Shown in pieces: positions 1 to 12,100 of a stretch of 64,000 nucleotides of DNA. The stretch is from assembly GCA_020536535.1 (NCBI GenBank), contig JAHLWZ010000351.1:19056-83055 (forward strand), in the 5' to 3' direction. The number at the start of each line of letters is the position of its first letter. Position 1 is the stretch's first letter. The DNA comes from Pelomyxa schiedti (taxonomy: Eukaryota > Protista > Evosea). Position numbers and translations under genes: made by a program. A model generated the notes under the pieces. The model saw only the letters and a program-made list of their open reading frames with translations. It ran no database searches and had not been told where the DNA came from.

Positions 1-3000
1 ATTTGTCTTGTTGTCATAACTTCCATCACATCCTATGCAAGAGGAGTTTCCATTGCAAATACCACACGCATCATATTCCTCCATTGAATTTGGAACTCCT
101 GGCAACTGCGGTTTAGTACTGGAGGGAAAAGTACATTCCAAACTCTCTTACCATCACATCCCATGCAGGTAGAATTGTTGCCGCCGCAAATTCCGCAGGC
201 ATCCCACTGTTTCCCACTCCATAGTTTTGTGTCACAACCGATACAGGCGATGCCATCTCCACCACACACGCCGCATTGGTCATATGTCATTCCAGACCAG
301 GCAGTCCCATCACATCCAACGCACATATTATCTCCTCCGCAGACATTGCACCTGTTGCGGAGGGACCACAGGAGGAATTAGTCCAAAGGAATCGGAAAAG
401 CTTTCACATACAAGTCATATTCAGCGCCGGACCAAGCAATGAAATCACAGCCGAAGCAGAGATTGGTCTCGTTTGCCGTTAGGGGACAGTTTCCACACAA
501 ATCATACTGAAGATTCCCAGGTTTTCCGTCACAACCTAGGCATTGATTTGTGCCACCACATATTCCACATTTATCAACTATCTTGAAGTGACTTGTAAGT
601 GAGAAATCATACAGTTATTTCGGACATACAAGCATTGAAAATGGTACGAAGTCACAACCGAGACATGTGTTGTTTCCAAGGCACACGCCACATTGATCAT
701 ACTGGCTTCCAGACCATGGTACATTATCACAGCCTAGACATTCGTTGTCTCCACCACATACAAAACAGCTTAATCAGAAATTTAGACACAGAACAAGTGG
801 GAAAAGGGATTATCAGGCATATACCGGTCGTATTTCTTGTTTGAGAATGGAACATAATCACAACCATAGCATGTATTGTTACCGCCACAGACTCCGCATT
901 TATCATAGGGAAGATTTCCAGGTAGTCCATCACAGCCAATGCATTGATTTGAACCACCACAGATTCCACATTTATCCTCAACCTGTTCAAATGCTTAATC
1001 TAGTCGAAGGTATGGAATGGAAGCCGTACCACCCCTGAAAATGGTACATAATCACAACCCAAACAGGTATTGTTCCCTGCGCAAACGCCACAGAAATCAT
1101 AAGTCTGATAGGAGAATGGTACGTCGTCACATCCTACACACTCATTGGTCCCTCCACATACTCCGCACCTGAAACTCTAATTCAGACAAGGCTGAGGAGA
1201 AAAAACGATACTTATCAATAGCCTTGCCAGAAAAAGGAATGTAATCACATCCCAGGCAATCGTTCATGTATGTAGGGTCATCAGTGCAGTTTCCACACTC
1301 ATCGTAAGCAAGGTTTCCTGGAAGTCCATCACATCCAATGCACTCGTTGGAGCCCCCACATATGCTGCATTTATCAACCACCTAGCTTTTTGTAAGGTAC
1401 AAAAAAATACTGAAATTCGTTGACACACCAAGCCAGAGAAGGGCACATTATCACAACCAAGGCAACTGTTGTTTCCAGCGCAGACACCACACTGGTCATA
1501 AGTCAGTGCGCTTGGTTTTCCATCACAGCCGAAGCACGAATTATGTCCACCACATTCACCACATTGGTCAACGGTTACATTTGAAAAAGGCTTTCCATCA
1601 CACTGCACACAAGAATCATTTCCTGAGCAGATGCCACACTAACGGAGGAAATGAGAAGAAAAAGAAGATAGTCACCTACAAACCTGATCATAAACTTTCC
1701 CACTGAAGCAAACACCATCACAGCCAAAGGCTCGGTCCTCTCCACCACATATTCCACAGTCATCCAGAACTTTTCACCTTTAGTTTTAACATAAAGAGAA
1801 AACAGGATACCCTTCCCACTGAACGGAACTTTGTCACAGCCCCAGCAGGCATTCGTCCCATCACAGACTCCGCACTGGATTTAATTTAGAAAAAGATTAT
1901 AGATCAAAGAAAGAACCTCACCTCATCGTACTGTCTTCCAGAGTTTAGTATACCATCACATCCCATGCAGGATCTATTGAACTTTCAGATGGGAAAACTG
2001 AAAAAAAGAAAGAGCAGTACGAGCCATTGCCTCCACAGACTCCACAGACATCAAATTGAATAGGATCCCAGATGACTCCATTGCACCCAAAGCATGCCCT
2101 ATTTCCACCACAGATTCCACAAACGTCGTAAGTCTTTCCACTGTAAAGAACGCCATCACAGCCCACACAAGCATCAGTGCCAAGGCAAACATCACATTTG
2201 TCCACTTGTGCTCCACTCCACGGTTTTCCGTCACAGCCGATGCACGCAAGCTCGGATGGATTATTCGTGCAGTCACCACATCTAACATAGGACACAATTT
2301 CAGTGGAGGTGAAAGAGAGAAAAAGGAGAGAAACGTGTCATAAAACCAGCCAGAATTTGCTACGCCATCACATCCAACACAATCTTTTCAGGGTAAATAA
2401 GAGTAACCAGAATTAGTTAGAATTATGCACCATTTGCGCCTTGACAAACACCGCATTTGTCAACTGTTGCTAGTGACCAAGGGATCCCTGCAAGAATATG
2501 AATGGGAGCATATACAGTAAGAAAAAGATGTACCATCACATCCAACACAAGAGAGACCAGTTCCACCACACAGTCCACACTGGTCATACTGACGACCTGA
2601 GTATGCAACATGATCGCACCCAAAGCAAGAGTTCTGCACATACAGGTTGTTAATCTCGCCGCCAGTCATAATGGAAGTTACTTACATTTCCGTGGCAAAC
2701 AGAACAGTTATCGTACACGGCCCCACTAAACGCCACGTTGTCACACCCCACACAGTCGTTCATTTCAACATCGCCTGGTTGAACGCATTGACCGCATCGG
2801 TCATACACATATGGCCCATAAGGAATTCCCATGCAATCCTCGCATGCGTTTGTACCCTGGCATACAGCTATGACATTTGATTGTTGTTTATTTTTGAGCG
2901 AGTGAGTTCACCATGGGGCGACAAATAAAGAAGCATACAGCAGTTGTCAAATGTAGCGTGGGACCACTTGATGCCATTGCACCCCAAGCATTCCAGGCCC

Positions 3001-5835
3001 GAACCACCACAAACACCGCACTGGTCATATGTCAACGGGGGGACAGTAGCACGCCCATCGCAGCCAATGCACCTTGATGTGTAGGTTTGGGTGTAAGAGT
3101 CAATAAGTTGCCAGGCTATACATTTACACTAGTACTACACAAACAGCCACAGCAAATAAAGGCACTTTTCCCACAAACGTACTTGTTTGTTCCGTTGCAC
3201 ACTCCGCACTTGTCCCAGCTTGCCTTCCCATAAGGCGTTCCGAAGCAATCAATGCACGACGTGCCGTTTCCCCCGCACACACCGCACTGGTCGTACTAGC
3301 AGACAAAGTTAGTGGTGAAGATCAGGATCAAGAAGAAGATCGATCGTGCAGGAAACACATACGGCGGCAGGGGGCACTGTGTAAAGGTAGTCACATCCCA
3401 TGCACGCGTTGGTTCCACCACATACTCCGCAGTTGTCATTATGCTTGTTGCCATACGGAACCTGCTGGCAATCCAAACCTGATTGGTGAATGTGAGTGTT
3501 CTATGTGGAAGCCAACTGTGTGTGGCATCTACTTACTACTAGTACTAGTAGTAAGTAGGACTGGGTGGCTACATACAGGCGTTTGTGCCGTTGCAGACTC
3601 CGCACAGGTCGTACCTGTTGTGTGACTGGTTGGTGATGGGAATACAGAATGATGAATGGGGGATCACATTGCCATGACTGGGGTTCCAAAGCATCCGTAG
3701 CACGTGGAATTGTCGCCGCCGCACACTCCACATGCATCCACTTTGGCGTGGCCATTCAGGTTTCCGTAGCAATCCAGGCACGATGTCCCTGAGCCTCCAC
3801 ATATTCCGCATATATCCACCACTCTGATGTTCAAAAAAGGAGGAGTTGCAGTTAACTCTTAACTGTCAGAAGCTTATTTACTCACGTTATTCCGTAAGGA
3901 ACACCCTTGCAATCCAAACATTGATTCGAATCCGCCAGTGTAACGCATATCTGACACTTGTCCATAATTTTCCCAGAGTTCACAACATGGTCGCAACCTT
4001 CGATTCCTCAGAATTATTCTATGATACATTATTTGCTTACCGTAACAGGGGAATACACTATCCACTACAATGGTTGCAACACCCCATCCAAGGACATTCA
4101 AGTAAATCGTTGTATTATGTACGGCAGTTCTATGGCAATGTAAGTACTAAGGTCATGTTTTCTAAGGCTACGTTGCAAGTAATTTCACATTGAAGATGTA
4201 GGTATTGTAGGGCGTTACACTTGTGTAAGTGGATGGAGAGATTGACTGGACATAGCCGTATGTATCTGTAGCAACCACCATCTGAAGAGTGTTACTAATA
4301 AAACCTGGTGTAAGTAACTTACAGTTAGTGTTGAAGCAAGCACACTAAGACCCTGCAAGATATAGGGGACAACATTGGAGCTATCTGATGCGATCAAAAA
4401 CACATTCCCGTAGCTACATCAAAACGTTAGAAAAGCTGATTCCCTTGAGGACTGAATTACCCAAATGAAGTGATCAAAGAATTATACTGACTCATCACTG
4501 AGGTAGTATAGGAACCTCCATCGTTGATAATTCCAAACACAGGGTATATGTTTGCGCCCTTGATGTGTGTAGTGAGAGTCGCCACAGAAGGATAGTCTTC
4601 GCCTTATGTACATGTAAGTGCACCCGAAAAAAAAACCTGAAGTACCTGTGCCATAATACTGGCATTGATTAACTGTATTGCCAGCTGCATCTAAAATTAC
4701 ACCTACAGGATAGCACGGCGGAGTCATGCAATCATCCACGCAATCATAGTTATTTGCTGGTAAATAGGCGAGAGATGTCTGTCCACTAGCAGCTTGACAT
4801 TGATATTTGTTCTCTTGTGCATAATGGAAGTTGGCATCCGTTATTGTGAAAAACATCTAATAGGCAAAGGTAAGTTTTACAAGTGAGCACACTGACGGAC
4901 CTTCAGGGAATTTGTTCTCCAGCCATACTTCCCCTGCATGTTGCAAGTTGCCTGCGCAAGCGGAACAAGTTGTGACTCGGGTCCATCATAGCCCCATCCA
5001 ATCACAGTTTCCTGAGCGCTTATTAGTTCAAGCCGAAGAGGATGGAATGTGCTTACTGCCACTTTCGCCTGCAAGGCATTGTAACTATTCTGCAGGGGTG
5101 CTAGGGCCCAGAAGTCATTATCTACTGCTGCCATAGAACCCCAATCCCCTGAGTACAGGACCGGCTTGTCTCCAAACGTGTTGTAGGCAAAATTGGCCTG
5201 AGGCCTAGAACTCCGGACTTGTGATATGATCCGCGGAATAAGCATGGCAACCATTTGTACATCTGGTGTCATACTGCCCGTGATATCCTGTTTCCTGGTG
5301 ATTTGAAATGCCATCTTTTGGGAAAGAACCTGACTGATCCAAAGATCAAGAGACTGCAGCTCAGAAGGTGGTACATAAACACTGATTGGAACCGTAAGAG
5401 CTTGATTAGGCACAAGAAAAACTTCTGTTATTGCTGGATTGATCTATGTGGCGTTGGGATTACGGTCATAAGGCATAGTAACAGGAACGAACAGGTGAGC
5501 CCGTTGTGTTCCACACAATCTGACTTTGTTGGTACCACCAAGTTCCATTTGAACAAGACCCAGAAGAAGGCCCTGAATTCCACATCAGGAAACAAAACAG
5601 ACGCAGAAAAACCAATCCAGCACAGAGTCAGATAGACATACACACCTGATGCAGTTCCAGCCATGCACTTTCCAGTTCCAGTGCACCACCCACACCCAGT
5701 CGTGGCCACGCAGGAAGTGCACACTCCGTATGTGCACGCTCCCAGCACCCCCACGGCTGCTCCCATAATTACAACTACAACCATCGCCGTAACCGCCATC
5801 GTAACCGACAAGGGTATCGCCCTCTGTGTAGGCAT
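1..5835 (-). CDS. Integrin-beta-like surface protein: signal peptide, PSI domain, betaI/VWA domain, hybrid-like segment, long Cys-rich repeat stalk; multi-exon, 3' end outside the window
   Basis: ATG at 5835 starts a hydrophobic leader (MAVTAMVVVVIMGAAVGVLGA) followed by PSI-like CTSCVATTGCGWC. After removing short GT-AG introns, integrin-beta motifs occur in order: LDLWISQ|DITGSM (5270-5287), FGDKP, YDGPES, GWR..TDANFHYA, EDYPSV, SDSSNVV. Cys-rich repeats continue to position 1 with no stop or TM segment seen. Confidence 0.8.
33..3900 (-). repeat. Array of about 30 protein-level repeats CxGCDGxxxSGxxYDxCGVCGG inside the integrin-beta-like gene
   Basis: Readable in minus-strand ORFs 33-326, 1142-1381, 1264-1608, 1945-2295, 2460-2669 and 2650-2832, and in exons between them; the count is by eye. 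Confidence 0.85.
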
Positions 5836-6110
5836 GCCCTGTGCTTGTTCTGGAATCAAATCGAGTCGTTGGTTTTTTTGTTTGTTTTCCTTTTATTTTT
5901 TTTTTTTGTGTGCATGTACACAACGTTAGTTCCACAACGGGGATGAGCGGAAAAGCGTTAACTAAGTTCGGTACGATTCCATTCTTTTTCTTCCATCCGC
6001 ATCTGGAATGCAAATCCAGATCGACGTTTCTGTACCTCTCGTGAAAACGGACGTGCACTACACACAAAAAAACCTGGTGTGAAGAACAAAAAAAAAACGA
6101 AACAAACCAC

Positions 6111-9100
6111 ATGGCAAAGGGTAGGGGCACAAAGTTATACTATTCAACGTAGTGGTTAACATTAGTAAAACAAGAAGCGTTTCGACTTGTATTTGTGGTT
6201 CTGTGTGCAACATGCACTGTTGGCCTTCTGCCGTCTATATTCCTTGAGGCTGAGTATTGGACGTCGGCAGGTTCGTGGTCAAGAACTACTTCCACATCGG
6301 AGTGGGACTCTTGCGGCCAGTATATCTACACAACGACAAACGGCGGAACGGCGGTGACATACACTTTTTCCGTTTCACAGTAAGTGGGAGAATTTTCTGT
6401 TATGACACGTTGGTAAGCTTCACACCTCTCAAGAGCTGGAACATACAATTTGTGGATACTTTCGAGAATTCCAAACAATCCGAAGGGTGCCTCACTCTGG
6501 GTTCAGTTTGATTCGGTGAGTAAATGAGTCCTTTCCTCCAGTTTTTGACTGTTCTCTTTTCAAGCAACCCAAAGTTGACTGGGACTTGTATATTTTTGGG
6601 AACTCTTGGAGGCAAGTCACAAATGTAACTCTATCGACTGGGAGCCATACTCTTGCCATCACAATGAGGTAAATGGGTTACAAAGAATACCATTCTTAAC
6701 TTGGTTCAGAAAGTACTCTGCTCAGCTTCAAATGGATAAGATTCTGATCACGGATATGTCCACTCCCAAGATGGGTTACTCAAACAAAGGAAAGACAGCA
6801 GCTAATATTCCCTCTGGCTCTTATTGTATTGTCCCCTCATTTCTTCATCCCAAGCCCTAATATGTATTTCAGGTCAGCAAGTATATTTAGAAGTATGTCG
6901 ACTCGAAATTGTTGCCCCCTATTATCTATCTGAACAACCACACAGGCGGAATTTGGGACAAACCCCGGATCACCTGTCACATTAGCAGGGCTTTCAACTG
7001 CCTCCATGTCCGGGGCACTGTACAAAAACGCAGCAACAACCACCACTTGCAGCACTTCGTCCAATTACGTACAGGTAATTTTTGCTCCACTTGTGACATC
7101 ACTAACGAATATTTAGTTCACAGTGACTTGGGGTGAGTCTGTGTACAGGCCTGTTTGGTTCAGGGTCATGGCCCCTACGTCGTCGTACAATCAGTTCACA
7201 ATTTATGTGTGTAGGCAACACCATTTTGCAAGTCTACACTGAGTCTCACCACAGAGCACAAATTGCGGAACGAATTATGGCACTCTGACTGTCTCCAAAC
7301 CTTCACAAGAGTTTCAATGGGTCAACGTGCGTCCCCTCCTCTCCCAATTTCTGTATTGACGACGTGCAATGACTTTCTCGTCCAGTTTGGATCCCTTATC
7401 AACCTGCCCAACTCGTTCCTGGTGACGTTCGTCACAGGGTACACCTACCTCGACAAAATCTACATCGGTTGGGGAATTCCGCTCACCAACGGCTCCATCG
7501 CCAACCTCCCATCATCAAGTATGGATATTCCTCGAAAGACCATCACACAACGCAACTTTTTTTTGACGAAACGACAGGTTCTTCTTGTAGCACGTACAAT
7601 GGACTGTGCTCTCCCGTAACCACATGCAGCGCAGGGCCAACGTGCTCTGCTTGTCCCGTGGGCTATCAAGGCTGTGGCAACATCAACACCTGCAATCCGC
7701 CTTATGGGTGCGTCCGCACGGTGCCGTTCGGCTGCTACTTTGACAGAAGCGTGTCACAATTTGGCTATACCGACGTTGCTTCGTTCCCGACTGGCGCGAG
7801 CACGGTTGAATTATGGGCGTCGGCTGCGCCCTTCCTGGCGACTGGGGATTCATCTGTTATCTACTATCAGAGCTCCAGTGGGTCTTGGGTGTACCAAATT
7901 CGATACAATCCAAGTCTGGGTCTATATTTGTGTGTTATTTATTTCCCCATTCCAAGATCCATTTCCCTTTGGTTTTTTCAGTTTTTACTGTTTTACTGAG
8001 ATTTTTTGCTTGGTTGTGTTACTGTTGTTGATGAATTCAAGGTACAATGGTGGAACTGCAATTAAGCCATCAACTCCAATCATTCTTCCTTTGGATATCT
8101 GGACACATATTGCCGTGCGTTGCTCCATCTCACCATTGTATTGCGCCTGATGTGCGTTTTTTGGGCAGATAACCTATGACCTCTCCACAGCAAAGTTTTA
8201 TGCGAATGGAGCTTTGGTCGCCACTGTTAGCACAAGTTCTGGTGCTCCGTCCTCTCCTGGTGTGATATCCTTGGGGAAGCCAGTTGGTGTGCCTTCATTC
8301 GTGTTTCCTCGAAAAACTTGATTTCTTACCTATACATCAAGCCACATGGTCAACAGACTTGACTCTACCTGCTTTTGGAATTGATGAACTGCGTATCTGG
8401 TCTGCAGTGCTCCCTCAAGCAACAATCCAACAAAATATGAATCATACACTCACAACAAGTCAGCCTAATCTAATGCGTATGTGATTACTCCTCCCAAGCT
8501 ACATATAGAACTCTAACCCAACAAACAATAAAAAAAAAGATGTTTGGAGTTTTGGTGCCGATAATAGTAACCCTTGTCAACCAATAACCACTGAAACTTT
8601 TGGAACTGCAGCAATTACAACTTCACTCACAGAGTGTATGCAAGTTGAAGTTTACCTTTTTTTGATCTGAAAACAGGGTATTCTCTGCGAAATCTCTATA
8701 TATCCACTGGCGGGCCAAATTGGAACATGCAAACCAGTTGGTTAATTGGCCAACCATGCAGCGGGGCAAATCCTGTATGGTTTGGAATTGACTGCGATAC
8801 ATCAGGGAGTGGCCGCATTTCGACAATGTAAGTAGTATCTGTGGAACAAGCGGGAATCTATGAATCTACCCACAATCCCAATAGAAACCTCGCCTACAAC
8901 AATTTGGTTGGATCCTTACCTGCCAGCTTCTTTGCACCTTTTTCCAAGCTTTCTATTTTGTATAAAATATCATACCTCTCCCTTCATCTAATTAACTTTA
9001 AAACAGAATGCTGGATGATAATTCATTGACTGGACCCATCCCAATGGATATTGGCTTTCTCACAAGTGCTGTTACAATGTACGTACGGGGTTCAGTTCCA

Positions 9101-12100
9101 AACTTTTCTGATGACATTTGTAGATTAATGCACAGCAACCAATTTACCTCGATCCCAACGCAGATTTCACAAATGACATCTTTGCAAAAATTGTACTTTC
9201 TTCTGTCTTTTCTATCTTTTCTCATTACTCACTGTTTTAGGTACTTGCAATACAATCAGCTGTCGGGAACTATTCCAGATGTCTTTTCGACAATGACAGC
9301 ACTGGTTTTTCTGTATATGTACAACAATTCTTTGACAGGAACAATTCCAACTTCATTGAGCACCATCACATCCCTGAAATACCTGTAAGTTTTTGTTTTT
9401 TACATCCCCCTGGTTTTGCTAAAGCAACAATCACAGAGATTTGAGCTACAACCATCTTTCTGGTCAATTTCCACAGGCAATTATCAATAGCCAAATATCT
9501 TCCATGTAAATACTATGCCTTCATTTCACTTCGCAATAATCAAATATCCATAAGAAATGTTGCAGGAAACTACTTTTCTGGTCAGTTGCCCAACAGAGCC
9601 ACAACTGTCAATTCCCAAATGATTTTAATGTACAGTTTCCACTTGGCTGTTATGTATATTAACAATGGATACCACCACAGGAACTTCACAGACAATGTGT
9701 TTACTTGTGAAGTGCCACCCTTCTTCACATTGTCTTCCACAACATTCCCTGTCGATGTTCACGGCAGTCTCTTCTTTTGTCCCATAACCAATGTTGTGCA
9801 GACCATTCAAGGGATTGCTTGCCGTATGTTCTCCCATGATGATCTTTTCGTTCTGAGCATAACTTTCAGAACCTGTTACAATGATATCTATTACACCCAA
9901 CAGTTGGGACTTGTCAGTTGGTTTTGGATCCAAGCCCACTGCCACAATCAATGCAACAGGCCTGAACGGGTGCACAGGAATACAAATATTTGTCCCTGGT
10001 GTTGGGCTAGTTGCACCAAAAAGTCAAACAACAAACACGCTGGTGTTTTCAATTCCCTCTCACACTTATGGGATTGTTCCCATCCGGCTCGTGTGGACCG
10101 GCACCTACGGCAACAACTCTGTGGTGTCAGCCAACTCACTCAACTTCAAGTACTATTATCCTTGCCCAGCCTCGTGTGTGTCTCCATATGGGTCCTGTGC
10201 TGGACTGAGCGGCCTTTGTGTTTGTAATGGAACACATGGAGGTTATACTTTGCCAACAGTGACGTAACACTCACAGAACATAGGGTCTGACTGCCATGGT
10301 TGGTCATGCCCCGCAAACTGCAACGGGCGAGGGACATGCAACACAACAACTGGAGTTTGTATTTGCACCCCGCCTTATTTTGGCACCTCGTGCAGTGCAG
10401 CTCAAATTGCCTGCCCAAACAACTGTTCCAAGTAAATTTCCGTCCAAAACAGTATCTTTAGAGTTGTAATACTTCCCCTTGAAGGCACGGGCAGTGCAAT
10501 ATTTTCACAGGGGTATGCTCTTGTTATCTTGGTTACTGGGGAAACAACTGTGCGAACAAAACATGTCCCCCAAACAACCTTCCCTACTGCACTCCACCAC
10601 ACGGCTGGTGCAATGGCACTTCTGGGAAATGTGTTTGCGCATCTGGTTGGCTTGGAGCTTCTTGCTCAACACCTGCGAAATCATGCCCTGCCAACTGCAC
10701 CAATCCAAACTATGGACAGTGCAACCCATCCACTGGTATGCTTCAAATTAGAAATTAGTTTGTCTCTTTACTTATCAATTCAAAACAAATCAAACAGGGG
10801 AATGCACGTGCTTCACATATCAAGGGCTTATCCACGGTGGGCTCAACTGTAGTCAAATCATTTGCTCTCCTTCCTGCTTGAATGGTGGCACATGCAACAC
10901 ATCTTCCAGCAAGTGCATTTGCAAACCTAACTACTATGGGACTGATTGCTCCGTGCCCAACTTTCCTTGTCCAAAGAATTGCACCAGTTCCAGCAGTGGC
11001 GAGTGTAATTCTCAAACAGGCAATTGCTCTTGCCGCTCAGGCCTGACGGTAATCACATACAAAGTATTCCCGTCCCTTCAAATTAACTCACCTCGTTCAC
11101 AGGGCTCAGATTGCTCCATTCACATTTGTCCTGGCACTCCTCAGTGCAACTCCCCAAATGGAACCTGCAACACAACTGATGGAACGTGCATATGTAGCAG
11201 CTTTCCAAGCAAAGGATACTACTTCAATGGGTATATGTGTCAGTACAAATACTATTACTGCCCGGGCAGCCCTGAATGCAGCGGTAGCACTCATGGCAGT
11301 TGCAATCCTCAAACTGGAAACTGCATGTGTAACTACCCTTGGACTGCTTCTCTAAATTGTTCGAGTGCTGTCTGTCCCAATAGCTGCTGGGGGCACGGTT
11401 CGACTTCAAAAATCCCTTTCTGTATGTCTTGAGCGGTTTACAGTTTGCAGGTACATGCAATTCTGCCAACGGAAAGTGCATCTGTTGGGAACAGTACAAC
11501 ACCACAGTTGACTGCGAGTTGCTCTACAGTGTGTATTGAACTTTTTCGTCCCAATAATTCTCACCTCCCTTCACTGCACTTCACTTCACTTTACGATGGT
11601 CCAGTTCCATGTTCCCAACCGTGCAACCATGGTTACTGTAATACACAGACTGGAATCTGTGTTTGCACATCACCATGGACCAGCACAACATTGGAGCAGT
11701 GCAACACTCTGTCTTGTCCTGGAGACTGTAATGGAGGAGTTACTGGGACTTGCGTGAATGGCACCTGCATCTGTCATACAGGCATTCCAAACCCTGATGT
11801 AATCACATTTCCATTCTTAACCTCGAAACAGGATGGACTGGTACTCAGTGCACCATTCAGAACTTGACATGTGCTGGAGATTGCAGTCCCCCTTATGGAC
11901 GGTTTGTTGCTCCCTGCACCAGCACCTCCGAGTGCGTCGTTGACTTATACTCAGGTGTGACACAACAACAGGACTCTGTGGGTGTTACGGTTCTAGCTAT
12001 GGTTCCAATTGCCAATACAGTATGACACTCACGTCCCATTTATATGAAGCTTCTCACGGAATTGCTAGAATACTGTCTCAGTAACTGTAGTACCCATGGC

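Noticed and set aside
6110-6113. Overlapping start codons on both strands (CATG) for the two divergent genes
   Set aside because: The minus-strand ATG at 6112 leads into T-rich non-coding-looking sequence; the signal peptide fits a start at 5835 or 5799.
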